In this document: positions 50,901-62,475 of the stretch, one piece after another
Layout of the letters: each line of letters opens with the position of its first letter
Position numbering within the stretch: position 1 is the first letter of the stretch
Assembly: GCA_000708835.1 (NCBI GenBank)
Contig: DF237049.1
Span: 139,531 to 203,530, forward strand
Direction of reading: 5' to 3'
DNA from: Klebsormidium nitens
Taxonomy: Eukaryota; Plantae; Klebsormidiophyceae
Length of the DNA: 64,000 nt
Position numbers and translations under genes: made by a program
The notes under the pieces: generated by a model
What the model was told of the DNA's origin: nothing
Databases searched by the model: none
Seen by the model: only the letters and a program-made list of their open reading frames with translations

Positions 50901-53900
50901 TGACTTACCACACCGTTCCGGCATTGGGCGCGGGAGGTTGTCCAGCTTGGCAGAGCATGACGGGCCAACCGACGGCGCCGGAGAAATTGAGGTGCGTAAG
51001 GTATCTTGATACATTAAGAGGATGGGTTTAACGTCTGCACACGGACGGGGTTTGGAGTGTCTGCCTCTCAGAAGTTCCGTTTTCCTTCGGCACGAGTCAA
51101 TATACCAGTGAATGCATCAAGGTAGGAGTACTCCTCCAAAGAGTAAGGTTCCTGGTAAAGCAGGTTGCAGATTTGTTGGTCGCTGTCGACAGGGAGCCCT
51201 TTTCCGTGAGTTTTGGGCCGGCTTCTCTATTGCATTCGAAGCGGACCTCAAGGTAAGGTTTCAATCCTCTTCCGCATCCGGAGTAAGGGACACGTTTCCA
51301 CCGCTTGTAAGGTCTCTTTTTGCTTCGAAAGGCTATCTATGAGTAGATTTGCTCAACGTTGGATACAGGTCGCCAACGACGGCGTAGAGCATGGCAAGCG
51401 GGGTGTGCGTGAAGTCTACACCCTGTCTACCACCGAACGCCTCGACAAGCTCGTCATTGAGGTGAGGAGAACCTCGAGTCGTTTCAACGAAGCCTTTTCA
51501 CTCTTTGTTGTTCGAGAGGTTGAGAATTGATCAGCTGATGCCACTTGGTCCCCTAGCCAGCCCTGGAGAGACCCTCTTTCGCTTCATTCTGAATCTCTTG
51601 GGTTCGGAAAATGCCCCCGTTGAGTTTTCACGTTTAATACGTGGCATCTTCATAAGCTACAGGGACTTTACTCATGAAAGGTCTCGTACGCGGGCAAATT
51701 CCGATAGGGCACGAGTCTTATCCTGGTGGCGTTAATCTGTTGCAGGGTCGTCCGGAGAAAAGCCGCTGGGTAACTGAACAAAGAACGAGCTCCACTAACG
51801 AGCAGCGGAAGATCCAGGGGTTCAACCTTGGAAGCGCAGGTACTAGACGTGTCGCTTCAGATGCCCATCCTTTGGTGTCAGTGGTTGAGACCAAGTTTTC
51901 GGTCGGTGGTCGACACGCACCTCCGGGCATGCCTCGCTCCCGCCGCTTCAAGCAATGCATCCACACCTGCGTTGACTTCTTGAAATTTATATTCGGGAAA
52001 GGATGGCCGCTTTGTTTCTCGGAGGAAAAGCTAGGTAGCGGGGGCAAGAACCTAAATTTCGAGCCACTTTAGCAGCCCTCCGCATTGCCTGGCAACCTGC
52101 TAATCCCCCACACTGGAACCTGCTCACCTTGCTCCACCACTCCTCGTCCGTGCAGGCTACGACCTGGCTGAGAACGATACCGCCGACGTCGCGATGGCCA
52201 AGGGCTCCCTGAGGAGCGGTGCAACAACCGCCGAGTTGCCTGAGTTAGATGGGGTGAGCTGATCTTCAGACGCCCATACTTCAACAACGACATAAGGATA
52301 CGACGACTGCGCTCTCAAGTGTCCAATCGCCAGAGGCCTTTTTGGATCTGCACAAAGGAATGCCACGTGGCAGTTTCAAGTTCTGCAAACTTGCGTCTCT
52401 TGCTCAAGAAAGGTTGGTGTACTGCGCGGGTGATGCAGGACCTGCAGACCAGATCGAGCTGCAATCAGGTCTCCCGGGAGCTGGCAAAAAGGGCTTCTTC
52501 AAATCCCATCCAAGCGGACGTCATCCAGAAAGTGAGCTCAGATACTGCAATTTGAATCTGTTAAACGGCTGAACGGCCATCGCCAGAGTTTCTGAAGATG
52601 CTATAAACTGCCCGCAATCTATTTTGTGGTCGAGAAGGCACCCTTTGTTAGAGAGGAACCCTTCTGCTTGCTGCTCGGTCCCTTCAAGCACTTCACCTTT
52701 TCGATTCAATCAACTTCATACTCTGATTCCTCAATGTCGATTTCTCAATTTCTGGTTCATCACCCTCCCAGATCGTAGATTGTTCTAGAAAAAGGGCCGC
52801 GTGTATATTACCAAAGGCCGTTTGAGTAAACAAGCACAGCCTTGAAACACAGAATCCTCTTGCCAGATTCTGAGGTTTCTCCTTGTCCTCCACAGCCTTT
52901 CGTTCTACATCTCCAATCAACAAGGGCACGCTTTTCGATCGGGATACTAAGATTGCTGACGTCGGCGGTGGTCTCGCCTGCACCGTCGCGTCATCCCTCA
53001 AGCCCGCCGCCACCCGTGCGTCCAACCCGCAGATGAAACAGGTAAGTGGGCAGTCCAGTATTGTCCCCGAATGATCCGGACCACGACACGTGGCATGCCA
53101 GCTGAATAAGGTGCTCGATCTGATGTTGATTGGATAATGAGCAGGCCTGCGCTTGTTTCAATCACGAGAAGGTACTGATGTACGTGTAGGAGCGGTCAGC
53201 TCTTGTTACCAGAGTGGGTCTGTACCCTGGCGTTATTGCTTAACTTGGATGCAAACGAAAGGTCAACTCCTTAAACCACTTACTCTTCACGTCGCAAGCG
53301 TTTTGTTGCTTAAAGATTTGTGTTCCCCAACGATCCTATCGTAACTCTTGCATAGCTCTGGTTTTTCGAGAAGCAGACAACATGATAGATATATCCACGA
53401 GTCTCCATGATGTCTTAGCTCTGTCATTAGGGAAAAATACACCGCCGGATTCAGTGCTTCGGAACATTGGAGAAACGCTGTCACAGAATCGGATAATTTT
53501 CATCGAGTGCTCCATTTCTCTTACGGACCTTGCGGAGTGCCAGTCTCAGCAAGTAGTACATGTCTGACCCATGTCAGATTCGTTGGCAGTACGGTGCTTT
53601 CAAGCGTTGACGAACGCACCTGCTGATCGTGGCGCTCCTTCTCCAGATCAACTTTGAGGCTCACACCTCTAGCCCCGTGGTGGACCCGAGGACGCTCATC
53701 GCCACATTCCTGGCCACCAGCCCCGACTGCGCCGTCAAGACGGGCCCCCACGACAGCCTCATTCGACACGCGGTCGACGCCAGCGCTTCCCGGACACCGC
53801 CTCCGCCCCATCGCCCCTTTACCTCGGTGCTCGACGTGGGTCCTCGGTGGTCAGTGCCCGCTGAGGAGCCCCCAGATGCAGCTACAACTACGGATGAGAG

Positions 53901-54943
53901 CAAAGAGCGCGCTTCTACAAACACGGTTGCAGCTTCGAGCAAGGACAGGCCGACCAGCCAGACCCAGCAGGCCACAATTGCTCCGCCCAGCATCCCGCTA
54001 GGCGCACCCCCCCCATCTCGACTGAAACTCCCAGCGCCGCGAGTAACGCGCCCTCCGCTGACGGGGACCCCTGCAAAACTCAGAAGCAACCCCCAGATTC
54101 CACGCGCAACAGCTGCGGTCCCCCAGCCTGGCTTCCTGGCGATGACCAAGAACCCGTCCCTCGAAGGGCGGGGGAGAGGCGGCGGAGCAGCAGCCGGCCT
54201 GCCGGTGCGGGGCACACCAGTCGGGGGCCCTTCCCAAGACGCTATGAAAGAACGACAGGTGAGTAAGTGAAGTGGCAGGACACGATTGCATCAAAATGGT
54301 CCTACGTGAGGTTTTGGATGCACCGCACTTACTCTTCGTGCTCGGCCGACGAAGTAGGTGTGAATTTGGGAGCTGTAAGTCTTGGCTGGGAAGGAGACGC
54401 GCGCTGATTTGCCGCGTCAGTACAGAACGTTGCTGCAGTCCGCTATTAGAGGTAACTGTTGGCCCTTGTTTCTTTGATCAGTCTACTGTGTCATTGCTAT
54501 CCACTTCTCGAAGAAGAGTTGTTCTTAAGTCTCTAAAAGCTCTTCGACGCACTATATCACCCATCTCTGTTGGCACTCAAAAAAGGCCTCTTTAGGAGCT
54601 CTACATTGCAAGGTTCCAGTGGGGGTCAGGGAGGCCTGTCCATCAGGTTGAGAATCTGCAGATGGAGCTGCGTGAAAGGGTATTTGATCTTGCTCCTTTG
54701 TCTGCGCAGATTTCGTCGCGAGTCGAGAAGAGTGCGATCGCAACCGAGTCGGTGCAGAGAGGCCAAGCGGCGCAGCAGGAAACCAGCTGCAATATGCCAT
54801 CGACGACTTTGGAGGGGAGCCGAATGCCGGGGCGTTGTGGATCACCAGCGACGAGAAGAGTATCTGAGAGCCGTTCCGCAGATTTGCTGGAGTGGTGCGA
54901 AGACGCACCAGGCTTGCTTGAGGAGGAGGAGGTCACGTGGTAG
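47915..54943 (+). CDS. Large multi-exon hypothetical protein, mostly low-complexity or disordered, no recognised family
   Basis: Phase-consistent GT-AG chain: 47915-48187, 48782-48864, 49054-49140, 49587-50145, 50531-50626, 50881-50991, 51193-51252, 51369-51461, 51746-51839, 52156-52253. Exons between about 52350 and 53600 are not resolved (a good donor at 53042). Then 53647-54258 and a last exon at about 54662-54943. It could be two genes. Confidence 0.55.
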
Positions 54944-56400
54944 ACAGCAAAGGTGACCGCAGCAGAGACAGTGAATGCATCTGGATTGTGGAGACCATCT
55001 TGACCCGTCAAACGGCTGTTACAAGCTTTTCCAGTTACTTCGACGAGGCTGGGACCGCTTCGGCAGTCAGTTGTTTGTCCAACGCCCCATCACGAAAGCT
55101 GTAAGTGGCACCTTACGAGAGAGAGGTTAACGCTGAACGATCGTTGCTAGGTCTTTTTGGATCTTAGGTGGTGAAAACTCGAACTGAGATCCGGTTGGAT
55201 GTGCGCCTTATAATCACTGTCAGTTCACTCTCCTGTCATTGTCCATTGGATGCCCGTGAGTAGTGATTTTCATTGTCCAACAAAAACTTGCGAGTGGTCC
55301 ATGTGCAGCAAGTGCATGCAGTGACTAAGCGACGCTTTGCAAGCAGCACCGAGAATTCACGTGCATGTAAATTAGGTGTCGCTCCGAGCCACGTTCGTCT
55401 ATTCTGCCCGCCTGACATGCAGATTGGTGTGGCCTGCTAGTGCGCAATCACTATAGCTTCGGCAGGTATGATGTCTCTTTCCGAATCGACCACCGTCGCC
55501 ACCTGGGCCAATGATAGGCTTCCTCGGGGATCGATGATTGGGATCATCACGACAACCCGCATGGCGCGCACTATATTCCGTCTCACATGGTGCAGCTTAG
55601 GCCGCATCAGCGCAAGGTAATGTATGAAGACATTTGACATGCATTCACCACTTATCATTATCGCTGCGCAGTGTGCTCATGGTGCCAATTTGTTGGTTGT
55701 TTCACAGATGTGCCAGCGCCCTAACTGAAATAATATCACCGAAAATACAAATTTGTCAGGCTCACATGCACCGTCAGGACTAACTCATGCCAGGACGACG
55801 ACCAATAACTACTTGGTTCTTGGGTGCGGTATTAATGATTCGATTTCCATGTTGCTGTCAAAATATCCAACCAATGTCACAACGAAATAGTCCTCAAACC
55901 ACAGAACCGAAACAATGGACCCTTTGTCTGGCATAGCCAATTGTGATTAACGTCCTGGCGCTGTGATAACCAGTTTCGGGGGCTCCAGACAAGTCTAAAC
56001 CGCGAGCACAAGCGCCACATCAATGGGCAGGGCCCACAACTCATTCTGGCTCCTCTCGCGTCTTTAGCCTGCGTCCAACCGGTGGGAAAACTGCGCCTAG
56101 CCGTCCAACATGCTCGAGAGAAACGTTGAGCACCCGACGACCGTCACAGACTCTGGTTGAGACCCTCGCTCAAGAGGACACGGCAAAAGATTGGCTTTTC
56201 TGTCGAATTGCACGAGAAGATCGAGAGCAATTGGATCGGATCAACCAATTAAATGATTGCCAAAACGCACAGCGCGCTCGCGTGGATTTGACAAGTCTCC
56301 CGGGAAGCCTGACAACGTTCGAATCTCAACCCGCATGCAGCTTGCCTAAGCGGCTGCTCTAGTAATCAACGTGGAACGGGGATGGAGTTCCCCGTGCTTG

Positions 56401-59302
56401 CTATCCTCGCTTCCGCCGCCTCATGCTGGGCAGCGCCTCGACCCTCTTCTCCAGCGGAGAGACTGCCGGCTGCGTCAACACGGGAGCTGCCCGCTTGACG
56501 GCGACGCCCACCTGCGGGCCACGGCGGGCATCAGCGGTGGGGGGAGGCCGCAGAGGATCCACCCCCTGCTCGGCACGCAAACGAAGCATTGATGCAGAAG
56601 AGAGCACCTAACCGGAGCCCGGCCAACGCCAGGGCTATGCAGCATCGTAAGGGGCAACTCAAACGTCAGCCTGTCATTCAAAGCGTGTCAGTAAGTCGCA
56701 GAACAATCAAGCTCGGCTCTAGCCCGTCGGAAGCTAAGGAAAATGGTGAGAAACAGAAAGGGAGAGGGCTTACAACATGTGGGTCTTGCCAGTCCCATAT
56801 CCGCTCGACCTGGATGTCCTCAAATTCGCTGATGGCCTGCACGAGGAGGCACGGCGCTGAGGTGCGGCGCTGACAAACCAGATTTCAAAGTCTGGCTATC
56901 AAGGCCATAGCACATCAAAAGATTCATATCTGAGGTTCTTGCGCCAATCTGCATTGCGGATTGCAGATTGAAGGTTACACCGTTATTCCAAGCGCGATTC
57001 TACAAGAATGTCCGTCCGTACTGCCCAACAGTGGCATTCTGCTTCCGGAGTTGCAGGGAGCCAAAGGCAGGCCCAGTGGGGGAAGCCATACAGGTGAGCC
57101 CAGTAGCGGCTCACCTGTACGTCTCGCAGCGAGTCTTTGTCGGGGGCTGCCCCCCACCCCGTGGCACGGTGGACAGCGGCCAGGCCCGCCTGCAAGCCGC
57201 GCACCACACCGTTCGCGGAGGCAACGTTCTCGACGAAGATGAACGGCTGCAAAAGCAAATGAATTCCGGGGGTGATCAGACCACAGAAAGACCGGGATTC
57301 GGGCATGCACCCTGCACTTCACTGAATGTCACACCATGCGCTTGCCTGACTGCAGCAGAGCGGTTGCCCTGCTTAGGGTGCGGTGGGCGAGGCCAAGCCA
57401 GCCAGCATGCAGCTCCCACGAGGAGGGTCGCCACTACTGGGGCGGCAAAGGGGAAAAGGTGGCTAGTCCCGATATTGATATGAAGATGGATTCATTCTTG
57501 GGAAACAAGTCGGGACTCTCTAACGCTGACATTGGTATATTTGTTATTCTATTCACGAGCGACTGAATACAACTGTAAGGACGAAGTAAGAATGATAGCC
57601 GGCAGGAGCAGCCCCAGCTTCTGACCTTGCCGGGCTTGAGCACGCGGGCTGCCTCGCGCAGAACCGCCGCTGCATCCCTGGTTGTGCTGAGGCCGTACAC
57701 GCACACCACTGCGTCCACGCTGGCGGGGGGCAAGTTCATGCGGGCAGCCGGCACGGGGCGCACGTCCACGGGGACGCCAGCACGAATGCCTGGGGAGGAG
57801 GGACACGGGACGGCTCAGGATTGAGCCCAGAGCTGCCATGAGACTGGGCGGTCAAGCAGCAGCACTGGTTACTTGGATTTTAAGGTGAGACTGATGGGCA
57901 GACAGGCCAGAGCAGGGGCAGAGCCTTTCGATTGCTGCTCAGAAATAATATTGACAGAACTGTCGGAATCTGTGCTGCAGTTTTGCACGGGATTCAGATT
58001 CAGGAGTGGCCCGGAGGGGTCTCCTTGTCAGCTGAGGCACTTTGCAGGCATGTCAAGTGCTGTCACAAATAAGAGAGACGGCCACGGTTTTTGCGGTGGG
58101 CTTGATTGCCAGCAAAGGAGCCCCGAGCCGCACGGGGGGTCCGCCCCTCACCTAGCTCCTGCAGGTATGCCCCCTTGTCTGCGCCGTCAAACACGGTCAC
58201 CTGTGGGCAAGGAGGGACGCCATGGGCACTGGGAAATAGCAGGACCCAATCAACTTCCAGGCACTTCCAGAGTTCCACTGTATGATGACCAGAGTGGCAA
58301 AATGTCACTATATCAAGAAGGAGGACGAATCAGAGGTCTGGAGACCTTGAGCAGAATCGAGTTTTGCTAACTTGAGCAAAAAATGTCACAGGAAAAAGCT
58401 GTAAGTGCGCCTTTGGTACCTGGACGGCATCCTTAGGCAGGTAGAACAGGTTGCGCCCAGCTGCATCCTTGGGGCTCAGGTCCACCAGGCGTGCGCCCCC
58501 CCGCGGGACGTGGCGCGCCACCATGGCAGCGGTGATGTACTGCAGGGGGGACAGGCGCACTGCCAAGTCAGGCGCAGCACAGGGGCAAGCAGAGGGGGGG
58601 GAGGAGTGGGGAAGGACAACCACAGGGGTCTTAAGTGGACAATGGATGGAGATTAGGCCTCTCCGCGAGGTCAACCTGACTAGAAGCACTTGGCGGGGCA
58701 AGCCGACGTGGAAAACCTGCCAGGCAACAGGCCACTCACCACCAACTCTTGCAACAGACAGAAGTTGTGCTTGCAGCACTGTTTGCAAGCACAGCCGCAT
58801 CCACCGCCGGCATTGCACACACGACCGTCAGGCACTGTCAGCACATGGCTACTCAACGATGCTTATTTGCAGCAATGGAACACGTCTTCACCTGCATCCG
58901 AAAGTAGACCGCAGCTCTCAGGACCCCAAATCCAGCAATTGAGAGTGCCCCAGCCAGAGCGGCAGGAGAAACTCCTCCAACATCTAGTGCCATGCACGTT
59001 ACTCTCCTGCGCCCACCGCACCTGTGCCTAACCGGCTGGGCCCGCTTCCCCCAGCATTGCTGACCAGTAGCGAGCAGGCATGACTTGCTGCTGGACACGA
59101 TGTGCGGACTGGCAGCACCACTCCTGCGGGCCGGTCCTGCTTGAGCGTGCTGCCGGCCCTCAGAAGCTCCAGCCCGCAAGGACAGCGAGTGGCTCAAAGA
59201 TTCACCTCCTGTTCTGGCCTCTCCAAAAGGCTTACGAGCACAGGAGATATCGAGAGCAGTGCTGTGGGCGCTGTGCCATGCGGTACAGCTTTGGGCAGCC
59301 AT
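56401..59302 (-). CDS. Plastid-targeted class I SAM-dependent methyltransferase-like protein (type 11-like), 7 exons
   Basis: Exons: 58892-59302, 58420-58539, 58152-58200, 57626-57789, 57115-57246, 56774-56836, 56401-56511. Ser/Arg/Ala-rich transit-like N-terminus and a hydrophobic segment, then YFRMQYITAAMVARHVP, RNLFYLPKD, MNLPPASVDAVVCVYGL...AAVLREAARVLKPGKPFIFVENV, WQDPHVVGVAVK. Motif I (DLSPKDAAG) is degenerate. Confidence 0.85.
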
Positions 59303-59635
59303 CAGTGTGCATTCGCTGCACCGCCGTAACCCACAACACCGAAATGAGCTCCTATCCAGCACAATGGCGCAACTGTAAGGTGTATGGCGCCGCTAGTTTG
59401 GTGGTGATGCTACCTACTTTCTGTTCACCTACTTGGGAGTTGACAGAGCATTGGACGCAGCTAGCCTACCTACATTCAAGCTGAGCCTCTGACTCTAGTT
59501 AAAGCGTGCTGCCGCGCCCGCGCCATGATCGCGCGATGCTCGACAAGCGCACATACGCGGCCGCGAAAATTCGCAAGAGGCCGGAGCTGAGGTTTGGCCA
59601 GGGTTCGGACCAGAACTCTCCGGCAGTCAAGAAGC

Positions 59636-60143
59636 GGTTATCAAGCAGCCACACAGACTCAACTTGACTTGGTAGAGAGATCAGGCGCTTGTTACAGGGC
59701 GCCAGGGCTTCATGCCAGGGGTCGTCATTTCGGCCACCTTTGCGATCTCTTTGCCTGACGTTGGGTCTCAACCATCAATCTGCTTGCTGCATGTGGAAGA
59801 CCTTCTTGGAGCAGCCCGGCGGCCTTCTGGCCCTAGCTATGCCGACGTTGCGTCCCTATTGAAGGTCTAAAGAAACTGTGTTTCACCCAGAAGACTAGAG
59901 AGAAGATTGCCTGTGTATGTGCTCCCTAGTGGGTGCTGCCAGGAGTTCCCTTCTCTCTGTCTACGCTGGGAACCCCCGCCCGAACCCATCCCTGCAGCCA
60001 TGCTACGTTTCGGCAGCCATGATAATGGTTGCCCTAACTAGCATGACGGGGCTCTGAACCGAGGCGTATGCTAGTCCCGGTGCTCCAGCTGATGAGCCCG
60101 GCGTGCAAGACGGTACACGACATAGGTTATCAAGCAGCCACAC
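59636..60143. repeat. 19-bp perfect direct repeats (GGTTATCAAGCAGCCACAC) flanking a 470-bp segment; possible insertion with a target-site duplication
   Basis: Identical copies at 59636-59654 and 60125-60143 in the intergenic region between the methyltransferase gene and UNC119. No poly(A) tail or terminal inverted repeats seen. Confidence 0.6.
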
Positions 60144-60537
60144 CTATATTCAATTGGAAACCTTGAAGGGCGCCTTCGAGCTCAGGAAGTCCTGCATTGA
60201 GGCACAGTCCTTCTCTTCAAGGTATTCAGTAGTGGCCCAGGTTTATGTAGGAGGTGTAAAAGCTCTGTAGAAGATCCTCCAGCCCCCCTCCAGCAGAACT
60301 TAGAGCTCGGCGGCCGTCGACGCGTTGGGGCGACACTGCAGCTTGCTGCCGCATGTGACAGGGCCTTGTCTCCCTTAAATTGAAGTTTTCTTGTTGGCAC
60401 CGTATCCAGGCTGCTGGCAGGTGGGCAGTTCTAGCCAGTACGCTACAATCTAGGACAGAGGCTTGGGCCTGCCTGGCCCGTAGCAACGTGGTGGTCTGGT
60501 GGACCTATTGGGAAAGTGTTGGGTCAGCACAGCTGAC

Positions 60538-62475
60538 ATGGCTGCGACCAAGGTGGCGGCAGCCAAGGTGGTGCCCCTCAACTGCGTGGCCCCCGAGCAG
60601 GTGCTGGCGCTCAAGGAACCAACCAAAGGTGAGCGGCGCGCAGGGTAAGCTGCTTCGATTGGCGCCAGCTCAACACTTGACCCTCACTTGACCTTGAGTG
60701 GATTCCCTGAGGGCCGTGTCGAGCAACCATTAAAGTTCAGAATGATGCAGGTCACAATTCATGTGACCAGTTCACTCATATTGTTATCTGTATCCAGGTC
60801 AATGTCTCATGCAGCTCCAACTCGGTTGAAAACGAACCAGATAGGATTACTGGGCTCCCAGCTCCGTTGTTGTGTTCAGATTTACAAGGTGACAAAGCTT
60901 CAGTTTTGCAAGCTGGCAATCCTGTTTATACACTTTAGTGGCAAGACCAGACTTCTACCTTCCTCAGACAGCTCCGCCGCTGCGAGGCTGTTCATCATCA
61001 CAACGCTGTGATACGCCATGTTTGCTTTCTTTGATCTCGGTACTCCTCCTTTGGCACAGGTTTTCTGTGCCCACTGTCAGCGAACATATATGGCATCGAT
61101 TTCACAGAGGTAAGTCAAGAGCTTGGTTCTCCTCAGTGGCATACCAAAAAGCTCAGACCGGGTGGACTCCCCATGCCAATGGCTGATCTGATTATCATAA
61201 TTGATCCCTTCCAACTCAGGCCCAATTGTACTTGAAAAGCGAGTCTACGACACTGCATTAACGCCCACCCGGGCTTGTAAGGGCTTTTTCACAAAGCCAT
61301 TCTATCTTGAGAGGGGTTTGCAATCGAAGGGTCAAAAAACCAATCTAACTTGAGAGGTGTTTCCCATAAAAGGGTTCGGAAGGCCTGATGTCTTAATCAG
61401 TCCGGATCATTGCCAAAGCGGCGCCATCGTGCCCCGTCCCTGAGGCCGCGTCCTTGTTGTTGCGCGTGCAGTTCGAGGTGAAGGACTGCGACAGCGGTGA
61501 GGTCGTGTTCTCCATCCGCAAGGACCCCACCGGCCCGGCCATGCCCAGCGCCCCGCTCGACCTCGACCCCGAGCTGGAGGCACAGTTCCGCACCATCCAG
61601 TACACCTTCCCCGCCTCCTTCCTGCGCTTCAAGACGGTCAGAACAGCGTGAGCGCCTGCCCCCACAGGACCGCCGCTACACAGTCCTTGGCAATAGGGTG
61701 TCTGGTGACGAGCGCGTACTTGCTCGTTTCACAATCTTAACTTTGGAGTTAGGCGAGCAGCACCAGGGGACTGTCGTTTGTGCGCTGGCTGACACGTTGC
61801 CGTCGCACGGACTGCAGGTTGACATTCCGGGTGGGGCCAGAGCCGCTGAGCAACTTCCGCATGATTGAGCGGCACTACTTCAAGAACAAGCTCACTCGCA
61901 GCTACGACTTCAATTTTGGCTTTGTCATACCGTGAGTGGCTCCAAGGAATTGGAACCGCAATGGACTCCCACTGCTCGGCCCACGGTGCACGCCACTGTC
62001 GGCATGGATGCGGAATCCGGTTTGTCAGCGTTGCAAGCACTTTGAATCCACCTCGAAGAACCACTTTGCTCGCCAATCAGCGGAAGCTAGTCGGCTGACG
62101 TGTCGCCCTTGGCCGCTGCAGGAATAGCACCAACTCGTGGGAGTCCATTTACGACATGCCCAAACTGACTGAAGCACAGGGTGAGCATCACCACTCCGCG
62201 TGCTTGCGTCCACCCCGATGCGTAACAGTCTCCCTTAGCAAGTGCCTGCCTTTTGCTTTACTACGTCTCTTTTGGATTGTGTGCATGTCTATAAGAGCTT
62301 GTTGACCTGGTCGATCACAGGCGGTTTCTTGTGCGTGACGGGTGACCTTGTGGGCTGTGTTTGCGCAGTTCGAGAGATGGTCGACTGCCCGTACGAGTCA
62401 CGGTCCGACAGCTTTTACTTTGTGAACGACGAGCTTGTGATGCACAACAAGGCCGAGTATGCCTTTGAGCTTTAA
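60538..62475 (+). CDS. UNC119: UNC119 (PDE6-delta family) myristoyl-cargo carrier, 6 exons
   Basis: Exons: 60538-60628, 61060-61109, 61472-61647, 61818-61931, 62122-62180, 62369-62475. Motifs APEQVLAL..PT.GFLCPLSANIYGIDFTEF, IQYTFPASFLRFKTV, PLSNFRMIERHYFK, SYDFNFGFVIPNSTNSWESIY, PYESRSDSFYFVNDELVMHNKAEY. Confidence 0.95.

Noticed and set aside
55400-55800. Short exon-like segments with GT/AG sites
   Set aside because: They would need an intron of about 53 nt, far shorter than others here, and give no coherent protein.
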